Positions 8,709-17,548 of a stretch of 64,000 nt of DNA are shown in pieces. Numbering within the stretch: position 1 is the stretch's first letter; each line of letters starts with the position of its first letter. The position numbers were made by a program, and so were the translations under genes. Under the pieces are notes generated by a model. The model saw nothing but the letters and a program-made list of their open reading frames with translations. It searched no databases and was not told the DNA's origin. The DNA comes from a virus (taxonomy: Duplodnaviria; Heunggongvirae; Uroviricota; Caudoviricetes), in the IMG/VR virus record IMGVR_UViG_3300037484_000317; one strand, 5' to 3'.

Positions 8709-9332
8709 CTATTTGTATCTCCACAAGTAACCACCGGCCCTAGGTCTATTGCCCTTGCAACATGCGCAAATGTGCGCCCTAAGCGAGCCTGTTGCCTTTT
8801 CAGCAGCTAGGGCTGAATCGTAAACGGCTAATACGACACCTGTAGGGTCCAAACATTCCACAGGCTTCCGTTTCACCAAACTTAACTTTTCGCATGTGGC
8901 AGGACTCTTTACCCTACCAATTTGGTCTCTCCTTTTTCGTTCCCTCACATCTTTCCGTTGATTCAGCCTCACTGCCGAGGCACTCTTTCTGCGGCGGGTT
9001 TCCTCGGAGTCCTGTTTCTTCTGCCCCCCATAACCACCTGCACTCTTATTGTACAGTCGGCACCCAAGGGCCTTAAATCTAAGGATGTGATCCCGCTCCC
9101 CAATGAAAGCTGCCGCCTCGCTTTCATAAGGGTACTTTTCCACAAGGTGAAAATTCTGTGGCCCGTATTTCCGGATGGCCTGGTACAAATGGCTGTTTCG
9201 GAGATTGTTTCTGGAGCTGAAAGCATGCATCCTATGTTGTCTGAGGCGCTCATCTGGATTGTTTGATTTCCCAACATAGTAAGTTGGGACCAGAGCGGCC
9301 TTGTTTTGAAGCACGTAAGCGAAAGATTCCAT
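8709..9332 (-). CDS. GIY-YIG homing endonuclease
   Basis: AYVLQNK…YYVGKSNNPDERLRQH…Y is a GIY-YIG motif. The gene is on the opposite strand in a plus block, low-GC, with a Lys/Arg-rich DNA-binding tail. Confidence 0.75.
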   Translation of the reverse strand: MESFAYVLQNKAALVPTYYVGKSNNPDERLRQHRMHAFSSRNNLRNSHLYQAIRKYGPQNFHLVEKYPYESEAAAFIGERDHILRFKALGCRLYNKSAGGYGGQKKQDSEETRRRKSASAVRLNQRKDVRERKRRDQIGRVKSPATCEKLSLVKRKPVECLDPTGVVLAVYDSALAAEKATGSLRAHICACCKGNRPRAGGYLWRYK

Positions 9333-9340
9333 ACCCTACT

Positions 9341-10249
9341 ATGACACAACGTACGATTGTCATCGGTGATATTCACGGATGCCTAGAAGAATTCGAAGAG
9401 CTGCTTAGAACCATCGAGTTCAAGCAGTGTACAGACAGGCTCGTGCTCTTGGGGGACCTCGTAGACCGGGGACCGGACCCTGTGGGCGTCGTTCGTCGTG
9501 CTCGTGAGCTGGGTGCGGAGTCCGTGCTCGGGAACCACGAGGAACGTCACCTTCGTTTTCGAAGGCACGAGGCGAAGAAGTACACGAACCCCAGCTACAA
9601 GAACCCGATGAAGCCATTCGTTGGGGAACGCCTTGTGGAGCACCACGCGTACTCCGCAGAGGACTTCGCTTGGATGGCCGCCCTCCCCATCACCATCCGC
9701 CTACCGGGGAACTGGATCGCGGTGCACGCTGGATTTGAGGCGGCCTACCCACTGGAGAAGCAGCGGCCGGAGAAGATGCTCCGGGTCCGGTACGTGGACG
9801 CCACCGGGAAAATGAAGGCCATCTCCAGCGACACGGAGAAGCCTGAGGGCACGGTCCAGTGGGCCACGGTCTACAGGGAGCCTGTGCACGTCGTTTATGG
9901 GCACATGGCCCTGAGCATGGAGAAGCCGGTCTTCACGAGCGTAGCCCTGCCCAGGGCTCCGGAAACCTGGCGGGATGAAAACCTCAGGGAAGCCCCACTC
10001 TCCCTCTCAGCACCCGAGGGTCTATCGCTTTCCATCCTTCATGCGGAAGACAGGAGAGTCCTAGCAGAGATTGGGGCTACCCTCTCGCTGCTCGCCCCTG
10101 ACGAGACCTGGCTACGCTGTGCCCTGGACACCGCTTGCTGCTTTGGGGGGTCACTCTCGGCGCTCATCCTGCCTGACAGGGGTGAGCCCACGACGGCAAG
10201 CGTCAAATCCAAGGCCACCTACGCCCAGGTTTGGGCGGGGGATGACTGA
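9341..10249 (+). CDS. PPP-family Ser/Thr protein phosphatase (lambda-PP/ApaH-like metallophosphoesterase)
   Basis: IVIGDIHGC…LVLLGDLVDRGPD…GNHE are the canonical GDxHG/GDxVDRG/GNHE motifs. Confidence 0.7.
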   Translation: MTQRTIVIGDIHGCLEEFEELLRTIEFKQCTDRLVLLGDLVDRGPDPVGVVRRARELGAESVLGNHEERHLRFRRHEAKKYTNPSYKNPMKPFVGERLVEHHAYSAEDFAWMAALPITIRLPGNWIAVHAGFEAAYPLEKQRPEKMLRVRYVDATGKMKAISSDTEKPEGTVQWATVYREPVHVVYGHMALSMEKPVFTSVALPRAPETWRDENLREAPLSLSAPEGLSLSILHAEDRRVLAEIGATLSLLAPDETWLRCALDTACCFGGSLSALILPDRGEPTTASVKSKATYAQVWAGDD

Positions 10250-10427
10250 CGGGGGCCTGAGGCGGAGCCGATTCCAACTTTGTGGCCCGCTTCAGTAGGT
10301 CACTAGCATGCCCGAGAGATATACAACGGGCCATGCAGTCACGTTGGTGCTGCCAGATCTCGATGATGGCGTGTGCTTCACGACGTAGTTTGTTTGCCGC
10401 TGGGTTGCGGTCGGTTCGGTAAGGCAA
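10203..10427 (-). CDS. hypothetical small protein
   Basis: 74-aa ORF with a 4-nt overlap to the upstream minus gene. Its 3-prime end overlaps the convergent phosphatase gene. Confidence 0.25.
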   Translation of the reverse strand: MPYRTDRNPAANKLRREAHAIIEIWQHQRDCMARCISLGHASDLLKRATKLESAPPQAPVSHPPPKPGRRWPWI

Positions 10428-10429
10428 AA

Positions 10430-10753
10430 TCAGTCTGGCATGTCGAAAAGCGCCATCTCGGAATCTGTCAGCCTGTACCAGAGCTTGTCCAAGGCGTCTA
10501 GAAGGACGTTCAAAACGTCGGGGTCTTCGTTGTCAGCCGACACTTGAAGGACTCCAAGGTACGCACGAAGATTGGCGCTTTGGGGTGCCCCTGACTTTTC
10601 CAGGAAAGATCTGACGTTACTGACAACAGTTGCCCCGGTCAGTTCAGAACGGTTGACTGCGGCGTCCCGCTGGTTACGGGTGGGATGCGTGTGAACTTTC
10701 CCAGGAAGGCGAAAGCTATCCATAGCTTCTTCGAGGCTCAAAACTTTGTCCAT
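10430..10753 (-). CDS. hypothetical protein
   Basis: 107-aa ORF in the minus block. Confidence 0.5.
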   Translation of the reverse strand: MDKVLSLEEAMDSFRLPGKVHTHPTRNQRDAAVNRSELTGATVVSNVRSFLEKSGAPQSANLRAYLGVLQVSADNEDPDVLNVLLDALDKLWYRLTDSEMALFDMPD

Positions 10754-10764
10754 GCTCGGACTCT

Positions 10765-11077
10765 ACCACCGAAGACCTTGCAGCAAGGTGGCCGCATCCT
10801 CTGGCCCAATCTGTTGTGTGAGCACCACCTGAGCCCTATCCACAAAGGCGGGACGTGATGGGAGAAGGTGGCGTCCAGTGTAGGTTATGACCAGGAGCCC
10901 AACGATTAGATCTTCGTTCAGCAGAGACACATCGACGTCTTAGAGTAGAGCATCACTCTGCACACCACCTTCATCCAAGTCGTCATCGACCCAATGAAAG
11001 AGGACATCCAGTGCACGATCGTCGTGCTCACCTGCATGTAGACGATGGATCTCAATCAGTAGGGCAGTGCTGTCCAC
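10765..11077 (-). pseudogene. about 104-codon ORF interrupted by a single in-frame TAA (pseudogene, two mini-genes, or readthrough)
   Basis: Hand translation of the minus strand: GTG…VDSTALLIEIHRLHAGEHDDRALDVLFHWVDDDLDEGGVQSDALL-TAA-DVDVSLLNEDLIVGLLVITYTGRHLLPSRPAFVDRAQVVLTQQIGPEDAATLLQGLRW-TAG. It exactly fills the gap between the two flanking minus genes. Confidence 0.4.
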
Positions 11078-11081
11078 GTAC

Positions 11082-11285
11082 TCAGACTTTGTATATGCCC
11101 ATGATGAATTCGAGTGGAGCTTTTGGGGCTAATGTAACATGCGCCTCGAAGGATCCCTCTTGCCATTCGAATTTGGCACTGTGGTAGGCACCACTGAGGA
11201 CCATTTGTCGAAATCGGTCCAGTGCTAGTAGGAACGCTAGCTCCTCATATTGGCTCTGTCTTTCTGTAGCCTCTTCTATGGTCAT
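11082..11285 (-). CDS. hypothetical protein
   Basis: 67-aa ORF overlapping the DHH gene stop. Confidence 0.4.
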   Translation of the reverse strand: MTIEEATERQSQYEELAFLLALDRFRQMVLSGAYHSAKFEWQEGSFEAHVTLAPKAPLEFIMGIYKV

Positions 11286-12196
11286 ACGTTCCTGGGTCCA
11301 GGTCCAGTTACGGTCCGAGTTTCACAGGGCCCGGACCACAGCTCATCTGGTCTCTGGTAGCTAGTGAATGACGCAGCGTGCATGTGTCCATAGCCACCAA
11401 ACTTCTCGGCAAGCTTGGCCACATCAAAGCTACCCTTGGACCGAAGTGAGTACTTGAACGACTGGTCTGCCTTTTGATGCCATGCTACTGCAAAGGAATC
11501 CTCCCGTGAGTCATCCTGTGCCAACCTGCTCAGTAGTTCACTCACGATGATCCCTGACGCATTCACGATGGGTACGTTCTCGTATCCAGCGAACATGTTC
11601 CTCACTACATTATGTTCGTAGTTGCTGAGGTCAATCTCCCGAGCACGGAGGATGGCCTGTCCTTCCCCAGTGACCCGCTCAAACTCCCCCTGGTTGGAGA
11701 GATCGTCATTCAGGTAGGACCACTTCTGAAAGTCTTGGCCCCGAAATGAATGACTCTGCAAGTAGGCGTTGATCCAGCGGGAACAGAACAGATTCCATCG
11801 CCAGAGGTCTCTGTCCTCTACGTAATCTACAAGCAGGGGCCGCATGGCCCCAGGATGAAAATAGTCCCATGCCATCCCCGCCCCGCTCCGCTCCATGTCG
11901 AACTGGCAATAGGGCAAGTCGGCACAACGATCTCTCGCCGATTGGTGATGGTCTAGAACCAACAGACTCTTAGCACTGGCTGTGCCCTCCATGAGAAGTC
12001 CGCGTGAAGGACACCAGTCAAGGATGTAGACCTCCCGATCTTCTACCGAGAGAAAGTACGGGACTTCATCCCCAGCGTCATTGGTCGGAACGTACTCCGC
12101 CGAATCCCCGAACTTGCGCCAGGCGGCCCATGCAGCCACCCAGCCGTCTAGGCAATTGCCGTGGTACACCACGAGGATGTCTTTGTGGTCAGTCAT
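11282..12196 (-). CDS. DHH/DHHA1-family phosphoesterase (NrnA/GdpP/RecJ-like)
   Basis: ILVVYHGNCLDG … LVLDHHQS are the DHH motifs I-III. Confidence 0.6.
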   Translation of the reverse strand: MTDHKDILVVYHGNCLDGWVAAWAAWRKFGDSAEYVPTNDAGDEVPYFLSVEDREVYILDWCPSRGLLMEGTASAKSLLVLDHHQSARDRCADLPYCQFDMERSGAGMAWDYFHPGAMRPLLVDYVEDRDLWRWNLFCSRWINAYLQSHSFRGQDFQKWSYLNDDLSNQGEFERVTGEGQAILRAREIDLSNYEHNVVRNMFAGYENVPIVNASGIIVSELLSRLAQDDSREDSFAVAWHQKADQSFKYSLRSKGSFDVAKLAEKFGGYGHMHAASFTSYQRPDELWSGPCETRTVTGPGPRNV

Positions 12197-12407
12197 CTTG
12201 TCCTTCTTCGATCTGTCGCAGTCCCTCGCGCCTGGCTGTGCGCTTCATCCGACGGCGCCAAGCATCCCTCTTTGCCTTCGGCATGTTGGGGCGCGATCTA
12301 GTCTTGAGCCAATCATTCTCACAGCATGGGCAGAAGCCTGGTATCCAGCTCTTCTGTACCGATCCACTCCTGATCCCTTTTGGGACATTCCATAGGGTCG
12401 CACGCAT
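12189..12407 (-). CDS. hypothetical small basic protein
   Basis: 72-aa ORF immediately upstream of the DHH gene; contains CPCC. Confidence 0.3.
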   Translation of the reverse strand: MRATLWNVPKGIRSGSVQKSWIPGFCPCCENDWLKTRSRPNMPKAKRDAWRRRMKRTARREGLRQIEEGQDD

Positions 12408-12479
12408 AGCTATCTTTCTTTGACGTTAGTGTCAATGTCGCATAACCAGCTCTTTCCTATGGGGTGTATTGGAAATCAT

Positions 12480-13067
12480 CTACTGAGTCTTGCCAGTCAT
12501 GATATTGATCTGTGGGTGCTTCCTGTCGAAGTTCAGGAGAGCTTTGTCCCGTCTAGCATCCAGTTGGGTTTGTAGCTTGGCCATTTCCTCTTGGATACGT
12601 ACGGAGTCCGCATCATTTAGCATGCGTGCCACTTGTGCACGACTGGATTCGATCTTTGCGTTCTTCGCGTAGATCTTCTGGAGGTTGGGCAGGTGCTTCA
12701 AGTCCACCTGGGAACGGCATTGTATGCTGTCCTTGGCTCCACCCTGAAAGGAAGCGTCATCAGTCTCGAATAGACCGTAGCCATCCCATATTTCACGGAT
12801 CGTGCGATGGTGGGATTCAGCAATATTAATCCAAGAGGCAATTGCCTTGAACTTACCGACGAGGGTTCGTGTGGTGTCCAACGTGAAGTGAAGCGCCATG
12901 TGAGTCATCTGCACTTCAATGACTTGAAAGCGCCTGAATCTGGAGCCACGAATCCGTTCGAGATCCTTTCTCAGGACCGCGAAGAACTCATTGACGCTCT
13001 TCGCCTCACGAAGTGCATGAGTCGGAGACTCCAGTGTCTTTTTTGGCTTATTCATGGGCTCCTGCAT
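12480..13067 (-). CDS. hypothetical protein
   Basis: 195-aa ORF. Confidence 0.5.
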   Translation of the reverse strand: MQEPMNKPKKTLESPTHALREAKSVNEFFAVLRKDLERIRGSRFRRFQVIEVQMTHMALHFTLDTTRTLVGKFKAIASWINIAESHHRTIREIWDGYGLFETDDASFQGGAKDSIQCRSQVDLKHLPNLQKIYAKNAKIESSRAQVARMLNDADSVRIQEEMAKLQTQLDARRDKALLNFDRKHPQINIMTGKTQ

Positions 13068-13584
13068 GGATGGTCACCGTGGGTCTGTGCCCAGCTGCGG
13101 GCGTAACCCTGTTGTGCTCGTAGTCTACCACGAGAGGGTAGGGATAGGCCGTCACGACACTCTCCACGTAGATCGGAACCTCCGCACCACCCACGACACA
13201 GCGTACCCATGTGGCTGTGGAGTTGTGTGAGGCAAAGAGCCCGTTGGGTTCTGCCATCTCTGTCACGGCACCAGAAGAAGAGTAGGCGACCTGGAGAGGA
13301 TTTGTCAGGGACGTGTCGTATGGGATTGGGTAGGCGATAGACGGGCAGTCACCCTCGATGACACCGGTAGCAGACCGCCATACAGAGTGCGTTGCCACCC
13401 TGGTGTTTCTGGCCTTGTACAAGTCGATTACTACAGCACGTTCTAGACTGTAGTCGAAAGCTGGGACTGGTTGTGCCCGTTGATACACCGTCTGCTGGTT
13501 TTCTACGGCGGCACGGTCACGGGATTCGGATCCCAGGTCACAACCCACACTGAGTACGCACAGAACAAGCGCTAGAGTCTTCAT
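13048..13584 (-). CDS. lipoprotein (candidate o-spanin-like)
   Basis: MKTLALVLCVLSVGCDLGS is a signal peptide with an LSVGC lipobox. Confidence 0.5.
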   Translation of the reverse strand: MKTLALVLCVLSVGCDLGSESRDRAAVENQQTVYQRAQPVPAFDYSLERAVVIDLYKARNTRVATHSVWRSATGVIEGDCPSIAYPIPYDTSLTNPLQVAYSSSGAVTEMAEPNGLFASHNSTATWVRCVVGGAEVPIYVESVVTAYPYPLVVDYEHNRVTPAAGHRPTVTIHAGAHE

Positions 13585-13597
13585 TTGGAGCTACCTT

Positions 13598-13966
13598 CTA
13601 GTTGCAGGGAGAGGGATCAATCGAACGATCATCAACAGGGATTTCAGAGAGAGCACGTCTCACACGGGCACTCAGGGCTTGCTTCTGTGACTCAAGTGTA
13701 CTGACTACGCTGCCTTCGCCAGCTACTCGTGCACGAGCCAAGTCCACATCGATTCGCCTGCACTCTTCGATGTTGTTCAGTATCTCAGTACGCCGGGCCT
13801 CTACGTACCCGTGGCTACGGATGTTGCCCTCCCGCTCGGCGTCCATCAGGCTGGGACGTACTGCCCACACCCAGAAAAGGACGATGAATGCCAGGGCAAA
13901 GAGCCCAATGACCAGGTAGATGAACGCCTTACCTACAGCCCATCCTTCGTTGTCAGAAAGCATCAC
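13598..13966 (-). CDS. type-II membrane protein with coiled coil (candidate i-spanin-like)
   Basis: N-terminal TM (FIYLVIGLFALAFIVLFWVWAV) followed by a charged coiled-coil region; directly upstream of the lipoprotein gene. Confidence 0.45.
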   Translation of the reverse strand: MMLSDNEGWAVGKAFIYLVIGLFALAFIVLFWVWAVRPSLMDAEREGNIRSHGYVEARRTEILNNIEECRRIDVDLARARVAGEGSVVSTLESQKQALSARVRRALSEIPVDDRSIDPSPCN

Positions 13967-14220
13967 GTCCCCATTTCTACGCCGAGAGACTCCAGGTCTC
14001 CAGCTGTTACCAATCGAATACGATCCTCAGGGATCTTTCCGATGATCTCCGCGTTCGAGCGGAGCCTTTCCGGATTGGTGGGCACGCCCAGGCACACGTT
14101 GCAGCAGACTGTGAAGTGTGGGTAGGCATCTGAGTTGAACTCACCATCCAGTCCAATGTTCTCCGGAACGGGCATGAATGGCGAGGCGTGTGGTACAAGC
14201 ATTCCTGGGAAAGCGAGCAT
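13963..14220 (-). CDS. hypothetical protein
   Basis: Internal ATG of track ORF 13963..14280. Confidence 0.35.
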   Translation of the reverse strand: MLAFPGMLVPHASPFMPVPENIGLDGEFNSDAYPHFTVCCNVCLGVPTNPERLRSNAEIIGKIPEDRIRLVTAGDLESLGVEMGT

Positions 14221-14243
14221 GGTGTGAATCCCTCTGGCGTGTG

Positions 14244-14501
14244 TTACGCCTCTACGACCACGTATTCTGAGTCCCACCAATTTCGATTTGGGTTATTGGA
14301 CTCCTCTTGCTCCACAAGGGTGTCCGTTGGTTGTGGTGTATGCAGCCCCAACTCGAACATTTCGTCGAAGTCCCTGGCGAACTTGTCACCCAGAGCGTGA
14401 TGCTGCCCATCGTCTAGATACACGTCCCCTTCCTTCTCAACTGACCTGGCTGCGCAGATGGCAATCCACACACCATTGATGAGTCGAAGTCGGATTGCCA
14501 T
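14244..14501 (-). CDS. hypothetical protein
   Basis: 85-aa acidic ORF. Confidence 0.45.
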   Translation of the reverse strand: MAIRLRLINGVWIAICAARSVEKEGDVYLDDGQHHALGDKFARDFDEMFELGLHTPQPTDTLVEQEESNNPNRNWWDSEYVVVEA

Positions 14502-14507
14502 GCTTGG

Positions 14508-15074
14508 TCAGTACTCAGCCCCAAGGTCGAAACGCCACTCCATCAGCTCCACAGTCATACCGAACGACGGGTTGTTGAATCCCGCAGTGTATTCTGGAGG
14601 ATGGTGATGAACCTCAGCATGGAAGCGATTACCCCAACCTTCGTTTTCTCCCGGACGGAGTTTCCGAGCACCAATGTATGTGGACATCCCTAGGACGTTG
14701 AACCACCGGTGGAAAGTGAAGTACCGTACGGTTTCCTTCGGTACTTCGGGTACTACCTCCTTGTATCGGTAGTGGGGTCCCAGATAGGCAGGGTCATTCT
14801 CAATGACCTCTACGTCAGTTCGACCCCTTAGGATACTTGCTGTCATCTCCCGAGTGATCAGCAGAGGGCTTATCCGAAGGAGTTCTGCCATGGACTTTGC
14901 GAACTCCTTTGCAGAGAAGGTACCGAACGTATCGTCGTTGTCCCCGAAGATTTCCGCATAGCTCATGACGGCGCTGCGTATCACTTGCTGTATGAAATCA
15001 CCCACTAGAACTTCTCCCAGTGCTTCAGAGGATTGAGGGGGTCTGGGAACCGCCCGACCAACCAGCCAAGACAC
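14508..15074 (-). CDS. hypothetical protein
   Basis: 188-aa ORF. Confidence 0.5.
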   Translation of the reverse strand: MSWLVGRAVPRPPQSSEALGEVLVGDFIQQVIRSAVMSYAEIFGDNDDTFGTFSAKEFAKSMAELLRISPLLITREMTASILRGRTDVEVIENDPAYLGPHYRYKEVVPEVPKETVRYFTFHRWFNVLGMSTYIGARKLRPGENEGWGNRFHAEVHHHPPEYTAGFNNPSFGMTVELMEWRFDLGAEY

Positions 15075-15757
15075 CGATCTCGCAGCTCGGCTTCCACCTC
15101 AGTCTTCCGATCGAAATGGGCTCGATATTCTTCGCTGCTGACGTTGTCCGCAGGGCGAGGGAACTTCTGTTCACTGGTCACAGCGAACAGGGCCTCGCTC
15201 TCACCGCCAGGTACCTGTGCCAGCACATCGTATTTGATCGTGCCATCTTCGTAGTGACCATCGCTGAAGTCCTGGCGGATGTGGAATCGGTTCTCGATGG
15301 ACATATGAGAGCTTCGGTCGTAGAACGCTGCCTTGTAGAACACAGAGAGGCGACGGAAGCCCAAGGCATCATAGATGTAGGCCCACATGTCGTGATCTGA
15401 GGTGCGCTTGGTCCACCCCTCTGGCATCTTCGCAGGGCGGAATAGCTTGTCGTCACCTGGAGGTAGCAGCTCGAATCTCAAGCTGACAAGCATCTCTTCC
15501 GTGAGGCCGTGCATCAGCCTCTGTGGGATCTGCTCGGACTGAGCGAATTGCTCCGTGCCAGCCCGCTCCATGCCTGTGATGTACTTCTCTGACCCATTCA
15601 ACGTTGCCCCCATCAGATGGGCGAGTGGAGATCGCTCTGAGGTATTCTCAATCTCTCCGGGTTCTGCGGGTACCCGGCGAAGCTCCTTCACTACCTCTTC
15701 CGGAGAGACCCGAAGAAGTCCCATCAGTTCCACCATGTCACCCATCTTGCTTTTCAT
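15005..15757 (-). CDS. hypothetical protein
   Basis: 250-aa ORF; the true start may be downstream of 15757. Confidence 0.5.
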   Translation of the reverse strand: MKSKMGDMVELMGLLRVSPEEVVKELRRVPAEPGEIENTSERSPLAHLMGATLNGSEKYITGMERAGTEQFAQSEQIPQRLMHGLTEEMLVSLRFELLPPGDDKLFRPAKMPEGWTKRTSDHDMWAYIYDALGFRRLSVFYKAAFYDRSSHMSIENRFHIRQDFSDGHYEDGTIKYDVLAQVPGGESEALFAVTSEQKFPRPADNVSSEEYRAHFDRKTEVEAELRDRCLGWLVGRFPDPLNPLKHWEKF

Positions 15758-15772
15758 GCGTGTTCCCCTGTC

Positions 15773-17050
15773 CTACCAGCGACCGATGCTGAGGACGAGA
15801 CCGTTTTGTCCCGCCCACGATTGCACAACGTTCAACTCGGTACCCGTTGCGACCCGATTACATGCGCCCCGGACCTGAACGATGGACCGGGAGGCGTTCT
15901 GGACTTCAATGGTCAACACCCGCTCTGCACCCTTGCTCACCTGGTGAACTACGCTCCAGATGGAGACAGCACCGCTGGTGATTCGAGAGGCGTAGGACAC
16001 CACACAGTGGTGCATGGCGCGGCCCTCATCCATGAGGGCCTTTCCCGTGAGGATCTCGTCGATGAACCACTTGTTCTCACCACCCCGATTTGGGTTGGAG
16101 AAATCGAAATTCCCGGGCTTGATCCCCGAGTGCTTGAAGGTAACCCTCTGATCGAATCCGAAAGATACCCGACCGGTGCGCGGGTCCGCAACCTGATTGG
16201 CCCGGACGCGTTGAGCGGCCTGCATACCAGCGTGCCACTCTTTCATGGATCGCAACAGAGCAAGCGCAGAACGCCCCTTCATGGTGAATGTGATGTCCTC
16301 ATCACGCTTGAACCGGATGTAGTCCGTCAGGGGTCCAATCTGGTTCCGTTCCAGCATGGGATTTGCTGCGCACCAGTGAAGCACGGTGGCCCAGAAGGTC
16401 TCCTGTTCGACTGTCCCGATGGTACGGCCTGGTTCTGTCTCCATCCAAGCCTGGAGCAGTCTGCGGTCGCCCCCCATGGCGTTGACTTGCGTGCGCCGGA
16501 TGCCTTCGAGTACGCTTTCGTCGCTGGTCGTCTTTGTCAGGAGGTCGTGGCACATCGCCTTGGTCATCGGAACGGGCAGTTCGCCCTTCTTGACCAGCTT
16601 GTAGAGGCTCTCACCGGCAGCCACCTGTACCACGATGGGGATCAGGGTGGGTGGCCGGCGCTCGAAGGGAAAGAACCCACTCCAGAGGAAGGCCGGTGTG
16701 CGGTACCGCATCAGAAGGTGCTCGCAGAGGGAGCGGAAGAGCATGTCGCGCCCCTTCCCCCGTGGCTTCCAGGATTCTAGGGGACGAACGAAGGGTTCGT
16801 GTCTCAGAACGTGCTCCACCGCCGGGAGATACTCCGGAAGGATGAGTCGAGGCGCCCTCTTGGCAATGAGCGCCAGGGGCCCAACGCGCCCCACCTCAAG
16901 GCCCACGGGCCGACGGGAGAGGCTGGCTTGGATACGAGCTTCCTGGTCCGCTTGGAGAGTCGCCGCCTTCAGCTTGGACTCCGCCTGAACCCGTCGCCGA
17001 TCAGCGGCGGCACGCACCTCAGCCAGCTTCTGTTTGTCCCTCTTGTCCAT
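15773..17050 (-). CDS. hypothetical protein (C-terminal His/Cys region; possibly PcfJ-like, low certainty)
   Basis: 425-aa ORF. The C-terminus contains MHHCVVSYASRITSGAVSIWSV…VQVRGACNR. Confidence 0.5.
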   Translation of the reverse strand: MDKRDKQKLAEVRAAADRRRVQAESKLKAATLQADQEARIQASLSRRPVGLEVGRVGPLALIAKRAPRLILPEYLPAVEHVLRHEPFVRPLESWKPRGKGRDMLFRSLCEHLLMRYRTPAFLWSGFFPFERRPPTLIPIVVQVAAGESLYKLVKKGELPVPMTKAMCHDLLTKTTSDESVLEGIRRTQVNAMGGDRRLLQAWMETEPGRTIGTVEQETFWATVLHWCAANPMLERNQIGPLTDYIRFKRDEDITFTMKGRSALALLRSMKEWHAGMQAAQRVRANQVADPRTGRVSFGFDQRVTFKHSGIKPGNFDFSNPNRGGENKWFIDEILTGKALMDEGRAMHHCVVSYASRITSGAVSIWSVVHQVSKGAERVLTIEVQNASRSIVQVRGACNRVATGTELNVVQSWAGQNGLVLSIGRW

Positions 17051-17054
17051 GCGA

Positions 17055-17264
17055 CTAGAACACCCTCGTCAGTTTTCCCACAGGGAGACCAGCGGACAAA
17101 GCCTGTTCGATCTCTCGCATGTCCGAATCCGCACGCCTCTCGATAGCATCGAGTAGGTCACGAGCAAGCTTACGCTCGCAGACGTTGCAAGTCCCATCCG
17201 GAAGCATGCGGCACTGGCATCCGTACTTGCAGCAGCACGGATCCTTGTGGGTTGGGTGGGTCAT
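17055..17264 (-). CDS. small Cys-rich protein
   Basis: Contains CCCKYGCQC…CNVC. It is the first gene after the conserved promoter copy at about 17305-17346. Confidence 0.45.
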   Translation of the reverse strand: MTHPTHKDPCCCKYGCQCRMLPDGTCNVCERKLARDLLDAIERRADSDMREIEQALSAGLPVGKLTRVF

Positions 17265-17304
17265 TGTGGTTCTTGGTGGATAGATTGAGGGGATCCTGGA
17301 TCTC

Positions 17305-17346
17305 TCCTCATTTATGTAACGGACGATAGGTTGTCGATTACACGTT
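17305..17346 (-). promoter_or_regulatory. conserved bipartite promoter motif (minus strand)
   Basis: On the minus strand: CGTGTAAT-N14-CCGTTACAT AAATGAGGAGAG, then ATG of 17264. Confidence 0.55.
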
Positions 17347-17548
17347 AGGCGTTGTCAGGCAGCGTTGGACATCGTTTGCTGGCGCGATGCGTAGCAAGCT
17401 CAGCATCGAGACGTGCAATCGACCGCGTGGCCTGCAACGCATACCATTCGGTTCCTCGCGGAATTGCAAGGCTATCCTTGTCTCCGTGCCTCCACGCCTC
17501 GATCTCTTCAAGGTAAAATTCGCAGATCCCGCACTTGTTGGGACTCAT
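17345..17548 (-). CDS. hypothetical small protein
   Basis: 67-aa ORF containing CGICEFY. Confidence 0.4.
   Translation of the reverse strand: MSPNKCGICEFYLEEIEAWRHGDKDSLAIPRGTEWYALQATRSIARLDAELATHRASKRCPTLPDNA

Noticed and set aside
8740-8900. Low-GC stretch that looked like an intergenic or regulatory island
   Set aside because: It lies inside the 3-prime half of the minus-strand GIY-YIG endonuclease ORF (8709..9332). The low GC is the usual signature of a horizontally acquired homing endonuclease.
15773-17050. PcfJ-like assignment for the 425-aa ORF
   Set aside because: It rests only on a vague memory of a His/Cys-containing C-terminus and no diagnostic motif could be verified. The ORF is reported as hypothetical.
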